Shown: positions 8,648 to 17,964 of the stretch, piece after piece
How positions within the stretch are numbered: the first letter of the stretch is position 1
How the letters are laid out: every line of letters starts with the position of its first letter
Origin: Candidatus Kapaibacterium sp.
GTDB taxonomy: Bacteria; Bacteroidota; Ignavibacteria; Kapaibacteriales; UBA2268
DNA length: 64,000 nucleotides
Assembly: GCA_963665665.1 (NCBI GenBank)
Contig: OY762428.1
Location: 320,001-384,000 of the forward strand
Direction of reading: 5' to 3'
Translations under genes and position numbers: made by a program
The notes under the pieces: model-generated
What the model was told of the DNA's origin: nothing
Database searches by the model: none
The model's input: the letters and a program-made list of their open reading frames with translations, nothing else

Positions 8648-9990
8648 ATGAAAAAACAGTTTTGGATAGTATTGATTTTAATAATTGGTTCGGTAAATGT
8701 TTCCGCACAATGGGAATGCAGAAGTAAACTTGCAGCTCATCTTAGCCCTATAGCAGGATCTGATTTGCTATGGGCTGCCGAATTCACTCTTGGCGGCGGA
8801 GTTTTAAGCCATAATAATATATATAATTACCTTGGGCTTGTTGCTCTGGACTACAGCTTCGATAATAGTACTTTTTATATTGAAGGTGGCGGCAAATACT
8901 GGCAGAACAGACAGGAAAACCCGGATGTGATCTTCAAAAAAGGACGGCCCGGTTTACGTGAGGCATATTTTAAAAACAGATCAAAATTTGGCGATATTAC
9001 AATAGGCCTTCAATCAATTACACTTAATGATGACTACCTTTTGAATGAAAGAATACTCGGGCTGAATTACAAGCTAAATTCAGGTAAATGGATGATAAAT
9101 CTTACCGGAGGTACTGTTTCACAGGATTTTTCACGTCAGGGAACATTTTGCGGTACATGTTTCTTATACGACATTATACCCGGCAGACAAAGAAATTTAA
9201 TCAGCCACGAACTGGGCCGGTCAAATTTTACTGTAATTTCATTTAGTTATTCCCCGCGTTTAGAAGTTGATGAAGAATACGAAGAATTAGCGGACGATGA
9301 GTTTGCTGATGTTTCAGATGAGTTTTCTGACGCAGGGGATGAATTTGAAGATGTTTCAGACGTGTTTTCAGATGCATCTGATGAATTCGGAGAATTTGAC
9401 GAAACAGTAGCAAAATCTACCCCATTTGCGAAGATTGAAGAAACCGGAGCAGTTCTATATACAGAATTTGGAAGCATTTACAATAACCTTCCCATTTTGG
9501 GTGGATTATTCTTTGACTTGTCATTCTTTGAAGACTGGCATATCAAACCGGAATTATTATACCAGGCCCAGAATGAAAACAACGGAATTATATTTAACTT
9601 TTCTCTGAGAAGAGATATTATTTGGGAAAACACTCATAAAACAGGATTTGTACTTGAATATACGGGATTTTCCGCAATTGATGACAATGCTTTCGCGGCA
9701 AATTCATTTCAAATATTTTCGCCGGTGAAGTTTTAAGGCTGGATATTCCCGAATCTGACATTGTTTTGGTTGGTATAAGGCATATAATACCATCATCCAA
9801 ACTTCATTTCAAACTTCAGTACGCGGAACTGATAGATGAACCGGGTATGAGGGAAATTGACTTCCAGGCCGGTAAAACATTTTTTGACCACTTGCTGGTT
9901 AACGTTATATTTGGATATATTGAAAGTAATTTGATAATCAACAGGGATTCAGCGCTTCTTGCCAGGATGGAAATAAGGCTAAGTTTTTAA
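8648..9990 (+). pseudogene. Outer-membrane beta-barrel protein split by a single -1 frameshift (ORFs 8591..9736 and 9766..9990); mutation or assembly error
   Basis: Signal peptide MKKQFWIV...VSA-Q; alternating aromatic beta-strands; adding one T at 9707-9709 gives ...NSFSNIFAGEVLRLDIPESDIVLVGIRH... ending RMEIRLSF (C-terminal Phe). Confidence 0.7.
9296..9397 (+). repeat. Degenerate 21-bp tandem repeat (about 5 copies) encoding DEFxDxx heptads
   Basis: gatgagtttgctgatgtttca / gatgagttttctgacgcaggg / gatgaatttgaagatgtttca / gacgtgttttcagatgcatct / gatgaattcggagaattt. Confidence 0.85.
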
Positions 9991-10010
9991 TATTTTGTAA
10001 GGAAAAAACG

Positions 10011-10277
10011 ATGAAAAGAAGAGAATTCTGCAGAAGCTTCCTTGGTTTTGGAAGCACAATTGTACTGGCCGGAGCAATAAGTTCATGTGGTGTACTCGAA
10101 GCAGGAGTTTACACGATAAACCAGGAAAATTGCGATGGTTGCGGAGACTGTGTTAACTCATGTAGTTACGGTGCTATCGAATTGAAAGATGATAAAGCAG
10201 CCATTCTGACATCAAAATGCGAAGGCTGCGGTAAATGTAAAAGTAAATGTGATAACGGGGCGATCAGTGAAGAGTAA
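10011..10277 (+). CDS. 2[4Fe-4S] ferredoxin with Tat-lipoprotein signal
   Basis: MKRREF twin-Arg, lipobox ISSC; CDGCGDCVNSC and CEGCGKCKSKC. Confidence 0.85.
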   Translation: MKRREFCRSFLGFGSTIVLAGAISSCGVLEAGVYTINQENCDGCGDCVNSCSYGAIELKDDKAAILTSKCEGCGKCKSKCDNGAISEE

Positions 10278-10296
10278 CAATAATTCAAACAGTTGT

Positions 10297-11655
10297 ATGA
10301 ACAGGAGAAATTTCCTGTCAGGAATAGGAAAAGTAACAGCAGTTGCTGCTTTTATGCCAATAATAAACGCCTGCGAAAACCCGAGCATGTATTCTGCTCT
10401 TGCAGTAAATGAGGAGCTTTGTACCGGTTGCGGAGACTGTCTTCCACATTGCTTTTACGATGCCATTGACCTGCCGGCAAAAAGTAAATACACAATACTT
10501 ACAGATACTTGTACCAGGTGTGGGCTTTGCCTTGATGCCTGCCCTGACGATGCAATTACACTTGTTCCGAGTTTATATTCAATAGATAGGGAAAAATGTA
10601 TTGAATGCGGGGAATGCCTGCCATTCTGCAAGGATAATGCCCTGATAATTACTCCAAAAAATTATACTATTAATGAGGATAAATGTATAGAATGCGGTGA
10701 ATGTATCCCATCCTGCCCCGAGGATGCTTTTGAAATTGCCGTTAAAGAATACCGGATTGATGATGACGAATGTACTGATTGCGGAGATTGCTTGAAAGTA
10801 TGCGAACCTGATGCGATCAAACTTCATATCACTGATCTGAAATATACGATTAATGATTCTTGCATTGGTTGTGGCGACTGCGTTGAGGAATGCAAAGAAG
10901 AAGGAGATGCTATCTTCTACGTCAGGGAGCATTATAATATCAGAAATGGCCGCTGCCACGGATGTATCCAGAAATGTAGTTCTGTTTGCGAGGATGATGC
11001 AATTTTTCTTGAGAGCGGAAAAGTAAAAATTGATGAAGATAAATGCACAAAATGCGGAAAGTGCCTTGAACGCTGCCCTTATGCAGCTATCAATAAAGCC
11101 TATGTCGAGATTGACCAGAATAGATGCACTAAATGTGGCGAATGTTACGGAGAATGTGAATATGATGCCATAAACAAACTGGGAACAGTTAACAACTTCA
11201 ATTCCCACATCGATCAGGATAAATGTACAAGTTGTGGTGAATGCTATACAGCATGCACCCACGAAGCAATTGATATAAAGCAGGCTTCCGAACCGGAACA
11301 TCCGGGGATTAACCAGGATAAATGCACCAACTGCGGGAAATGTATATCCGAATGCCCTTATGAAGCAATCGAAGTTGATGGATCTGACGGTGATCCTCAT
11401 ATTGACCAGGATCTGTGTACTAATTGCGGCGATTGCGTTCCCGGTTGCCCCTATGATGCAATTAATGTGAATGAATCTGAGATATTACCAAATATAGATC
11501 AGGATAAATGTTCCAAATGCGGTGATTGTTATGATGTATGTGAGGATGAATCAATTAACGCAGTTATCAGCACAGCCAGAATAATTGATGAGAACTGTTA
11601 CAAATGCGGTAAATGCCTGGAGGTTTGCCCGGAGCATGCAATTAAGAATGTTTAA
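10297..11655 (+). CDS. Polyferredoxin (14 [4Fe-4S] motifs) with Tat-lipoprotein signal
   Basis: Start at ATG 10297 gives MNRRNFL...PIINAC; 13 CxxCxxCxxxC motifs plus one CxxCxxxCxxxC variant. Confidence 0.88.
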   Translation: MNRRNFLSGIGKVTAVAAFMPIINACENPSMYSALAVNEELCTGCGDCLPHCFYDAIDLPAKSKYTILTDTCTRCGLCLDACPDDAITLVPSLYSIDREKCIECGECLPFCKDNALIITPKNYTINEDKCIECGECIPSCPEDAFEIAVKEYRIDDDECTDCGDCLKVCEPDAIKLHITDLKYTINDSCIGCGDCVEECKEEGDAIFYVREHYNIRNGRCHGCIQKCSSVCEDDAIFLESGKVKIDEDKCTKCGKCLERCPYAAINKAYVEIDQNRCTKCGECYGECEYDAINKLGTVNNFNSHIDQDKCTSCGECYTACTHEAIDIKQASEPEHPGINQDKCTNCGKCISECPYEAIEVDGSDGDPHIDQDLCTNCGDCVPGCPYDAINVNESEILPNIDQDKCSKCGDCYDVCEDESINAVISTARIIDENCYKCGKCLEVCPEHAIKNV

Positions 11656-11656
11656 T

Positions 11657-12046
11657 ATGCGAAGGTCAATAATTATATTGTTGCTCCTTGTTCCCACATT
11701 TTTCATATCCGGAAAATTATTAGCCGGTTCCGGGAAAGCTGTTGCAAAAGTCAAAGTCATCTCTCCGGAAACTCATAAATATAACATCGGAGATACTCTT
11801 AATGTTATTATAATGATAAAACTGCCAAAAGAAATTTGCCTGGAAGGAATGAAGTTCACAAAAGTTTTTGCAAGTGGAATGGATATTATTAGCGAAAAAA
11901 ACTGGAAACCTGTAAAACCCGGTTTTTGGAAAAAGAAATTGAAACTGGTTTTTAATAATCACAATAACCAATTCGGACAACTTACAATATATAGAAAAGC
12001 TGATAAAGGCAGCCTTATTCATAAAGAAAAATTTTACCTGCAATAG
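11657..12046 (+). CDS. Small secreted basic protein of unknown function
   Basis: ATG 1 bp after the polyferredoxin stop; MRRSIIILLLL signal peptide; Lys-rich, beta-strand-like. Confidence 0.65.
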   Translation: MRRSIIILLLLVPTFFISGKLLAGSGKAVAKVKVISPETHKYNIGDTLNVIIMIKLPKEICLEGMKFTKVFASGMDIISEKNWKPVKPGFWKKKLKLVFNNHNNQFGQLTIYRKADKGSLIHKEKFYLQ

Positions 12047-13069
12047 ATGAATACTTTAGTTAACATATCGACAGGCAAAAAAAGCTTCAGGGAGTTACTT
12101 GCCCGCTGGATTGTCATTGGCGGAATAATATTAATGGCTGCCGATACAATATACATGGCTTACAACGGAATAAACGCTGCAAACCGGCAATTGTGTATTA
12201 TATACTGTTCGCTGCCGCGTTGGGCTTTTTTCACATGGGAATATATCATCGAACTTCTTCTTGTTGTCCTGGTAGGAGTTTTTGCAGGAGTTCTGATTGA
12301 GCACTATTCCAAAAAAATAAAAAGATTTTACCCCAAAAATCCGTTTCTAGCATTTGTTTACGCTTCAATTATTCCTGTATGTTCCTGTGGTGTCATTCCT
12401 GTTATTGATTCCCTGAAGGGCGATATTAAGTTGAAAACTATCATCACATTTGTGATTGCAGCACCTTTGCTAAACCCTTATATAATATTTATTTCATTCA
12501 GCGTTTTGGGTTGGGAATACGCTTTGATTCGAATTGCCGCCTCATTTGTGATTGCTGTTGGTGGAGGATTCCTGGCAGAAAGCGTTTTTAGAAAATTCAA
12601 CCTGAATATCCAGAACGGGAAAAAGCAATGCTCTTCAAGCTGCGCTGTCCATGAAAAAGACCTGTTCGTAAAGACACTCAAAATCATGCGCAAGCTTCTG
12701 CCCTATATAATAATTGCCGGAGCACTTACACTATCATTCGAATTTCTTACGCCAAAAAGATTTCTGGAAACACTGAATTTTTCTAATGAACCATTATCAA
12801 TGGCGCTTATGCTTGTTGTCGGTATTCCAATCTATGTTTGCAACGGAGCTGATGTATTATTTCTACGCCCGCTATTGGAATTCACTGATCTTTCCCTGGC
12901 ATCAGCCATGATCTTTTCCCTTGCTTCATCATCAGTATGTATTTCTTCAATCGTTATGCTTGCAAAATATCTTGGCCGAAAACAGACTGCTATTCTTATC
13001 GGAATATTGACCGTATTAATTTTCGGTGTAGCTTTTACAATAAATGTTGTAAGCGGTATCATGGGGTAA
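12047..13069 (+). CDS. DUF318/ArsP-family permease
   Basis: PVCSCGVIP, FVIAAPLLNP, GIPIYVCNG; about 9 TM segments; abuts upstream stop. Confidence 0.85.
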   Translation: MNTLVNISTGKKSFRELLARWIVIGGIILMAADTIYMAYNGINAANRQLCIIYCSLPRWAFFTWEYIIELLLVVLVGVFAGVLIEHYSKKIKRFYPKNPFLAFVYASIIPVCSCGVIPVIDSLKGDIKLKTIITFVIAAPLLNPYIIFISFSVLGWEYALIRIAASFVIAVGGGFLAESVFRKFNLNIQNGKKQCSSSCAVHEKDLFVKTLKIMRKLLPYIIIAGALTLSFEFLTPKRFLETLNFSNEPLSMALMLVVGIPIYVCNGADVLFLRPLLEFTDLSLASAMIFSLASSSVCISSIVMLAKYLGRKQTAILIGILTVLIFGVAFTINVVSGIMG

Positions 13070-13227
13070 AATGTTTAATTCAATATCTGAAAAAAATAAT
13101 TCTCATATAATTTTTAAACAACTAATTCATTAATATATATTCATAATAAAAGCCATATTCACATCAGATTTTTTTGTATTTTGATATTACTATAAAGTAA
13201 TACTATTTACAGAGAAACGCCTGTTCT

Positions 13228-14082
13228 ATGAAAAAAAACAATCCTGCAATTACCGAGATATACATAAAAACAATAAGAAAAAAAATTGACAAACAGGATG
13301 TTTCTATCCCCGTCCTTTCAAAAGTTGCCTCGCAGGTATTTACAATAACAAAAGATATTAATGCAGGTATGGCTAAAATTGCGGATCTTGTTCACCGTGA
13401 TCAGTCGCTGGCGGGACACCTTCTGAAAGCTGCGAATTCTTCTGCCGTTTCTTCAAGGGTTGAAATTCAGTCAATTCACCAGGCAGTTCAGTTGCTGGGA
13501 GCAAGAATGATAAGCCAGGTGGCGATGTCAATTATTGTCGGTAAAAATTTCTTTAGAACAAATAGTTATAAGGATATTGTACAAAGGCTTCGGCTTCTGT
13601 CATTGATCTCTTCACAGTATGCCCGTGAGATCAGTTCAAATATGAATCTGAATACTGAACAACTCTACCTTTGTGGATTGATTCACAATATTGGCAAGCC
13701 CGTTATTGTTCAGCTCGTAGCACAAATTGATGAAAGATCAGGTGGAACTTTGAATGAAGATCAGTTTGATTTACTTTTCGATAATTATCATATAGAAATT
13801 GAGGAACTTATTGCCGAAAAATGGAATTTACCCCAAATGATAACAAGTGTCGCGCTAAATTACCATCAATATGATAAAATTGATGAATTCCAAACGGAAG
13901 CAGCAGTTATCAATCTTGCAGATAAATTGGCCCGGCTTTCTATTTCCGAAGATGATACCCAAAGAGAATCATTAACGACAGACCCGGTGGTTGCTTTCCT
14001 GGGACTAAGTGAAAATGATATAATTGACCTGTTTGAAAAAAGGGAGGATATCAAAGAAATTGCAAACGGCCTCATGTTTTAG
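13228..14082 (+). CDS. HDOD domain protein
   Basis: PVLS.VA, DQSLAGHLLKAANS, SIHQAVQLLG, GLIHNIGK, WNLP. Confidence 0.88.
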   Translation: MKKNNPAITEIYIKTIRKKIDKQDVSIPVLSKVASQVFTITKDINAGMAKIADLVHRDQSLAGHLLKAANSSAVSSRVEIQSIHQAVQLLGARMISQVAMSIIVGKNFFRTNSYKDIVQRLRLLSLISSQYAREISSNMNLNTEQLYLCGLIHNIGKPVIVQLVAQIDERSGGTLNEDQFDLLFDNYHIEIEELIAEKWNLPQMITSVALNYHQYDKIDEFQTEAAVINLADKLARLSISEDDTQRESLTTDPVVAFLGLSENDIIDLFEKREDIKEIANGLMF

Positions 14083-14225
14083 TACCTGAAGATATTTGCT
14101 CAAAAAATATTTTTCCAAACCTGTAAATCAGCGTTTTATTAATCGGCTGAAATTATTAATTTTGTTTCTTGTAAATAATTCACATGTAATTGAATAGTTT
14201 ATCATATTAAAATGGGTCCAGGGTA

Positions 14226-15197
14226 ATGAAAAAAGAGATAAAAAAGATTTTAGTGATAGGCGCACTTGGCCAGATCGGTTCGGAATTAACCTTAGAGCTT
14301 AGAAAAATCTATGGAAATGACAATGTTATAGCATCGGATTGCAGGGCAACGCCCACTGCTGCAATAGCCGAATCCGGCGCTTTCGAGCAGATTGACGTGC
14401 TCGATCCTAAAGGAATGGAAGAAATAGTAAAAAAATATGAAATTGATACCATTGTTAATCTTGCTGCAATTTTATCGGGCATAGGCGAGCAAAACCCGAA
14501 CATGTGCTGGAATGTTAATATGAATGGATCTTTGAATGTACTGAACCTTGCCATGAAATATGATATGGCAAGAGTTATTATCCCGAGTTCAATAGCTGTA
14601 TGGGGACCGGATTGCCCAAAGGAAGCACCACAGGACACTGCCCTCCACCCTACTACAATGTATGGCGTAACAAAGGTCTCCGGCGAATTGCTAACTGATT
14701 ATTTTGTTCAGAAATTCGGCCTGGATGTACGAGGACTTCGCTATCCCGGTATTATCTCTGCTGAAACTTTCCCCGGTGGCGGCACAACTGACTATGCCGT
14801 AGCAATTTATTACGAGGCAGTTAAACAGAATCATTACAAATGCTTCGTAAAAGAAGATACACAGCTTCCTATGATGTATATGCCGGATTGTATCAAAGCT
14901 ACTATAGACCTGATGCAGGCTCCTTTTGAAAACCTGAACAGGCACAATGACTATAACGTCGGCTCCATGAGCTTTACAGTAAAAGAAATTGCTGATTCAA
15001 TCAGAAAATTCAAACCGGACTTCACGATAGAATACGAACCGGATTTCAGGCAGGCTATCGCCGATTCATGGCCGGATTCAGTTAACGATCAGCCGGCAAG
15101 AGACGACTGGGGCTGGAACCCGAAATACGACCTTGACGCAATGACAAAAGATATGCTGGAAATACTCGAGAAAAAACACGCCAAAGGTGAAATATAA
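14226..15197 (+). CDS. SDR-type L-threonine 3-dehydrogenase (NAD-dependent epimerase family)
   Basis: GALGQIG, PSSIA, PTTMYGVTK, PGGGTTDYAV, LPMMYMPD, RQAIADSWP. Confidence 0.88.
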   Translation: MKKEIKKILVIGALGQIGSELTLELRKIYGNDNVIASDCRATPTAAIAESGAFEQIDVLDPKGMEEIVKKYEIDTIVNLAAILSGIGEQNPNMCWNVNMNGSLNVLNLAMKYDMARVIIPSSIAVWGPDCPKEAPQDTALHPTTMYGVTKVSGELLTDYFVQKFGLDVRGLRYPGIISAETFPGGGTTDYAVAIYYEAVKQNHYKCFVKEDTQLPMMYMPDCIKATIDLMQAPFENLNRHNDYNVGSMSFTVKEIADSIRKFKPDFTIEYEPDFRQAIADSWPDSVNDQPARDDWGWNPKYDLDAMTKDMLEILEKKHAKGEI

Positions 15198-15220
15198 ATC
15201 GAATTTATTCGGCCTTTTTC

Positions 15221-15260
15221 AAACCTTCCGCCGGCAGCCTGCCTGCGGAAGGTTTTTTTT
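15221..15260 (+). terminator. Intrinsic terminator
   Basis: AAACCTTCCGC...GCGGAAGGTTTTTTTT. Confidence 0.8.
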
Positions 15261-15485
15261 CAGTGTTAGAGTTAAAATTATTTGATGTAAAAAACAGATA
15301 AAATATCTTACTACTTCAAAATTATCCATACCTAAACCGGAGATATGCTTCCCACAAACTTAACATCTAATAACTTGCCATTTTTATAAGTGGAACTACT
15401 TAATTTAATTATTAATTATACTAAATATCATTAGAATGCGTTTTCACGTTATATTACTATTTTTTCATCTATTGTGGGGACTTAT

Positions 15486-16664
15486 ATGTTTAAAAAATCT
15501 ATACTCCTTTTGCTTATAGCATTTATTTGTTGGCCTTCTGGTTTATCCTTTTCTCAGGAAAAAGATTTATATCTTGGAATCGGAGCCGGTTTGTCGCGAG
15601 GCATGAACGAAGGCAAAAGAGACGAAAGAACCATTGGCGCTGTATTCGGGGCCAACGCACTAATTACTAATGCCATCGGAAAGGGTTTGACTCCGGAATT
15701 CAATTTCAACTATTTTAAAAATGGTACGGACGAATTCGGGCTTTATTCCCAATACGAAACTACTCACATGACATTCGACTTGCGTATGAGGTTTTATCCT
15801 TTTGAGCAGAAAGGCTTGCAGCCTTATGCTTTTGCCGGACTCGGAGCAATAATGTTCAATGTTGATGAAATGCCTCCAAATCCCGATCCCGAATCCGAGG
15901 ACAGTGGTGTGGCATTGAATATCCCTGTTGGGGTTGGTATTTCATATTTCTTCAACGAAACTGTCGGGCTGGACTTTAATGCCGGAGCTTACATGACCAG
16001 TACTGATGATATAAACCCGGTTTGGGATGATGTGACTGATGCAAACTGGGTTGGGAAGCTTTCGGTCCTTTTCAGGGTTCACAGGTTTGAAAAGGACACA
16101 GATGGCGACGGCCTTTCAGATAAAGAAGAAATGAAACTTGGAACAGATCCGAATAATCCTGATTCTGACGGCGACGGTCTGATGGACGGAGAGGAAGTTA
16201 ATGAATACAAAACAGATCCTCTCAATCCGGATACAGACGGCGGAGGAATAAAAGACGGCGTTGAAGTACAAAACGGAGCCGATCCTCTTGACGGGGATGA
16301 CGACATTCTAAGTATCAAACCCGGTGAAAAACTTATCCTGAAAAACATCGAGTTCGAATTTGCCAAATCCAGAATAACTAATAAATCAGAGAGGATTCTT
16401 GGATTTGCAGTTAAAGCTTTGAAAGCCGCTGAAAACATGGAAATTGAAATTGTTGGCCATACTGACGATGTTGGTGATATTGAAACCAACCTGAAACTCT
16501 CTCAGGACCGTGCTGATGCTGTTAAGAAATGGCTTGTTGACAATGGAATTGACGAGTCAAGGTTATCGACCCGTGGCGAAGGGCCTAATCAGCCTCTTGT
16601 TCCGAATACAAATGCCACAAACAGGCAGAAAAACAGAAGAGTGGAATTTATCAGAACAAAATAA
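15486..16664 (+). CDS. OmpA-family protein: N-terminal beta-barrel, TSP3-like Ca-binding repeats, peptidoglycan-binding domain
   Basis: DTDGDGLSD / DSDGDGLMD / DTDGGG repeats; GHTD, NLKLSQDRA, NRRVEF. Confidence 0.9.
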   Translation: MFKKSILLLLIAFICWPSGLSFSQEKDLYLGIGAGLSRGMNEGKRDERTIGAVFGANALITNAIGKGLTPEFNFNYFKNGTDEFGLYSQYETTHMTFDLRMRFYPFEQKGLQPYAFAGLGAIMFNVDEMPPNPDPESEDSGVALNIPVGVGISYFFNETVGLDFNAGAYMTSTDDINPVWDDVTDANWVGKLSVLFRVHRFEKDTDGDGLSDKEEMKLGTDPNNPDSDGDGLMDGEEVNEYKTDPLNPDTDGGGIKDGVEVQNGADPLDGDDDILSIKPGEKLILKNIEFEFAKSRITNKSERILGFAVKALKAAENMEIEIVGHTDDVGDIETNLKLSQDRADAVKKWLVDNGIDESRLSTRGEGPNQPLVPNTNATNRQKNRRVEFIRTK

Positions 16665-16682
16665 GAAATATACTAATTAAGC

Positions 16683-16717
16683 AAAAGCCCTTTGATCTGA
16701 ATTTCAAAGGGCTTTTT
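16683..16717. terminator. Bidirectional terminator between convergent genes
   Basis: AAAAGCCCTTTGA-loop-TCAAAGGGCTTTTT. Confidence 0.8.
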
Positions 16718-16720
16718 CAA

Positions 16721-17734
16721 TTACTTTTTATCTTTCTTCTTCTTTCGCAGGTCTTTCCACTTTTTAATTATTTCAATTTCCTCATCACTTAAATTATCGG
16801 GCATATCAATATTCAGCTTAATGAACAAAGCTCCTTTTTTGTCCGGATCATTATAGTCAGGCATACCAAGGCCGTTAAGTTTCAATTTTTTTCCCTGCCC
16901 TGAACCTGGCGGGATAGTTATTTTCACTTTACCGGCAAAGGTAGATATCATAGTAGTGCCGCCAAGCAGAGCTTTGAAAAGATCGATATTAATATCAACA
17001 TACAGGTCATCCCCATTCCTTTCAACTCTCGGGTGTTCATTTACTTTAACCTTAATTATCAGGTCGCCCTTCGGCCCTCCTGTTTTGCCGGGCAATCCTT
17101 TTCCGCTGATTTTCTGGACATGTCCGTCTTTTATTCCCTGCTTAAATTTTATATCGAATTTATCTCCATTCACAGATAAAAGCCTGGATGTTCCCTTAAA
17201 AGCCTCCTCGAGAGAAATTTCAACTTCTGTTTTGTAATCCTCTCCCTTTTTGGCTTGCTTTTTAAATCCTGCTCCCGGGTTAAAACCTTTACCACCGCCA
17301 AATCCGCCAAATATCTTCTCAAAAAAGTCCGACATGCCTCCGGAATCGAATATATCACCGACAGTTTTACCTGACCTGCCAAATCCGCCTCCACCGCGAG
17401 GCCCGCCTGCATTTTTCTGGTTGAACCAGTCCTGCCAGTTGAAGTCAGAACTATTTCCTCCGGACTGACGAAAATTATTGAAAGAGGATCCCAGGTTGTC
17501 ATATTTGGCCCTTTTTTCAGGATCCTTCAATACCTGGTATGCTTCGCTTATATTTTTGAATTTCTCCTCAGCAGAAGCATCGCTTTTATTTTTATCGGGA
17601 TGATACTTCTGAGCAAGCTTGTGATATGCTTTTTTTATCTCCGCATCGCTTGCTTTCCTGTCAACCCCCAGTATTTTATAATAGTCCTTAAAATCCATAT
17701 CAAACCTGAAAAATTTATTTTTATCCCAATACAA
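16721..17734 (-). CDS. cbpA: DnaJ-class co-chaperone without Zn finger (CbpA-like)
   Basis: [14 protein letters not shown]-rich linker, DnaJ_C domain, no CxxCxGxG repeats. Confidence 0.8.
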   Translation of the reverse strand: MYWDKNKFFRFDMDFKDYYKILGVDRKASDAEIKKAYHKLAQKYHPDKNKSDASAEEKFKNISEAYQVLKDPEKRAKYDNLGSSFNNFRQSGGNSSDFNWQDWFNQKNAGGPRGGGGFGRSGKTVGDIFDSGGMSDFFEKIFGGFGGGKGFNPGAGFKKQAKKGEDYKTEVEISLEEAFKGTSRLLSVNGDKFDIKFKQGIKDGHVQKISGKGLPGKTGGPKGDLIIKVKVNEHPRVERNGDDLYVDINIDLFKALLGGTTMISTFAGKVKITIPPGSGQGKKLKLNGLGMPDYNDPDKKGALFIKLNIDMPDNLSDEEIEIIKKWKDLRKKKKDKK

Positions 17735-17964
17735 ATTGCAAAATAATAAACGAAAATTGGCCTAAAAAATTGGTTTTCCAGTTTTCAAAAATATTCATTC
17801 CTTTCAACCTAATGGATTTTGATAAAAATTAACAAATTTTTTAATATTGTCTATAAGTCACTTTTAAATTACAATTCATATTATTATATTTCAGGAAGGG
17901 AATGTTACACATAACCTTTTGATACTGTTTCTGAAGTTATTACTTATCAATCAACGGTGAAAGT

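Noticed and set aside
10579-11400. 273-aa antisense ORF, and similar shadow ORFs throughout the track
   Set aside because: Antisense or alternative frames of clearly coding genes with no motifs; explained by codon bias
8591-13069. Selenocysteine recoding in the Cys-rich operon
   Set aside because: No in-frame TGA at Cys positions; ORFs end in TAA or TAG
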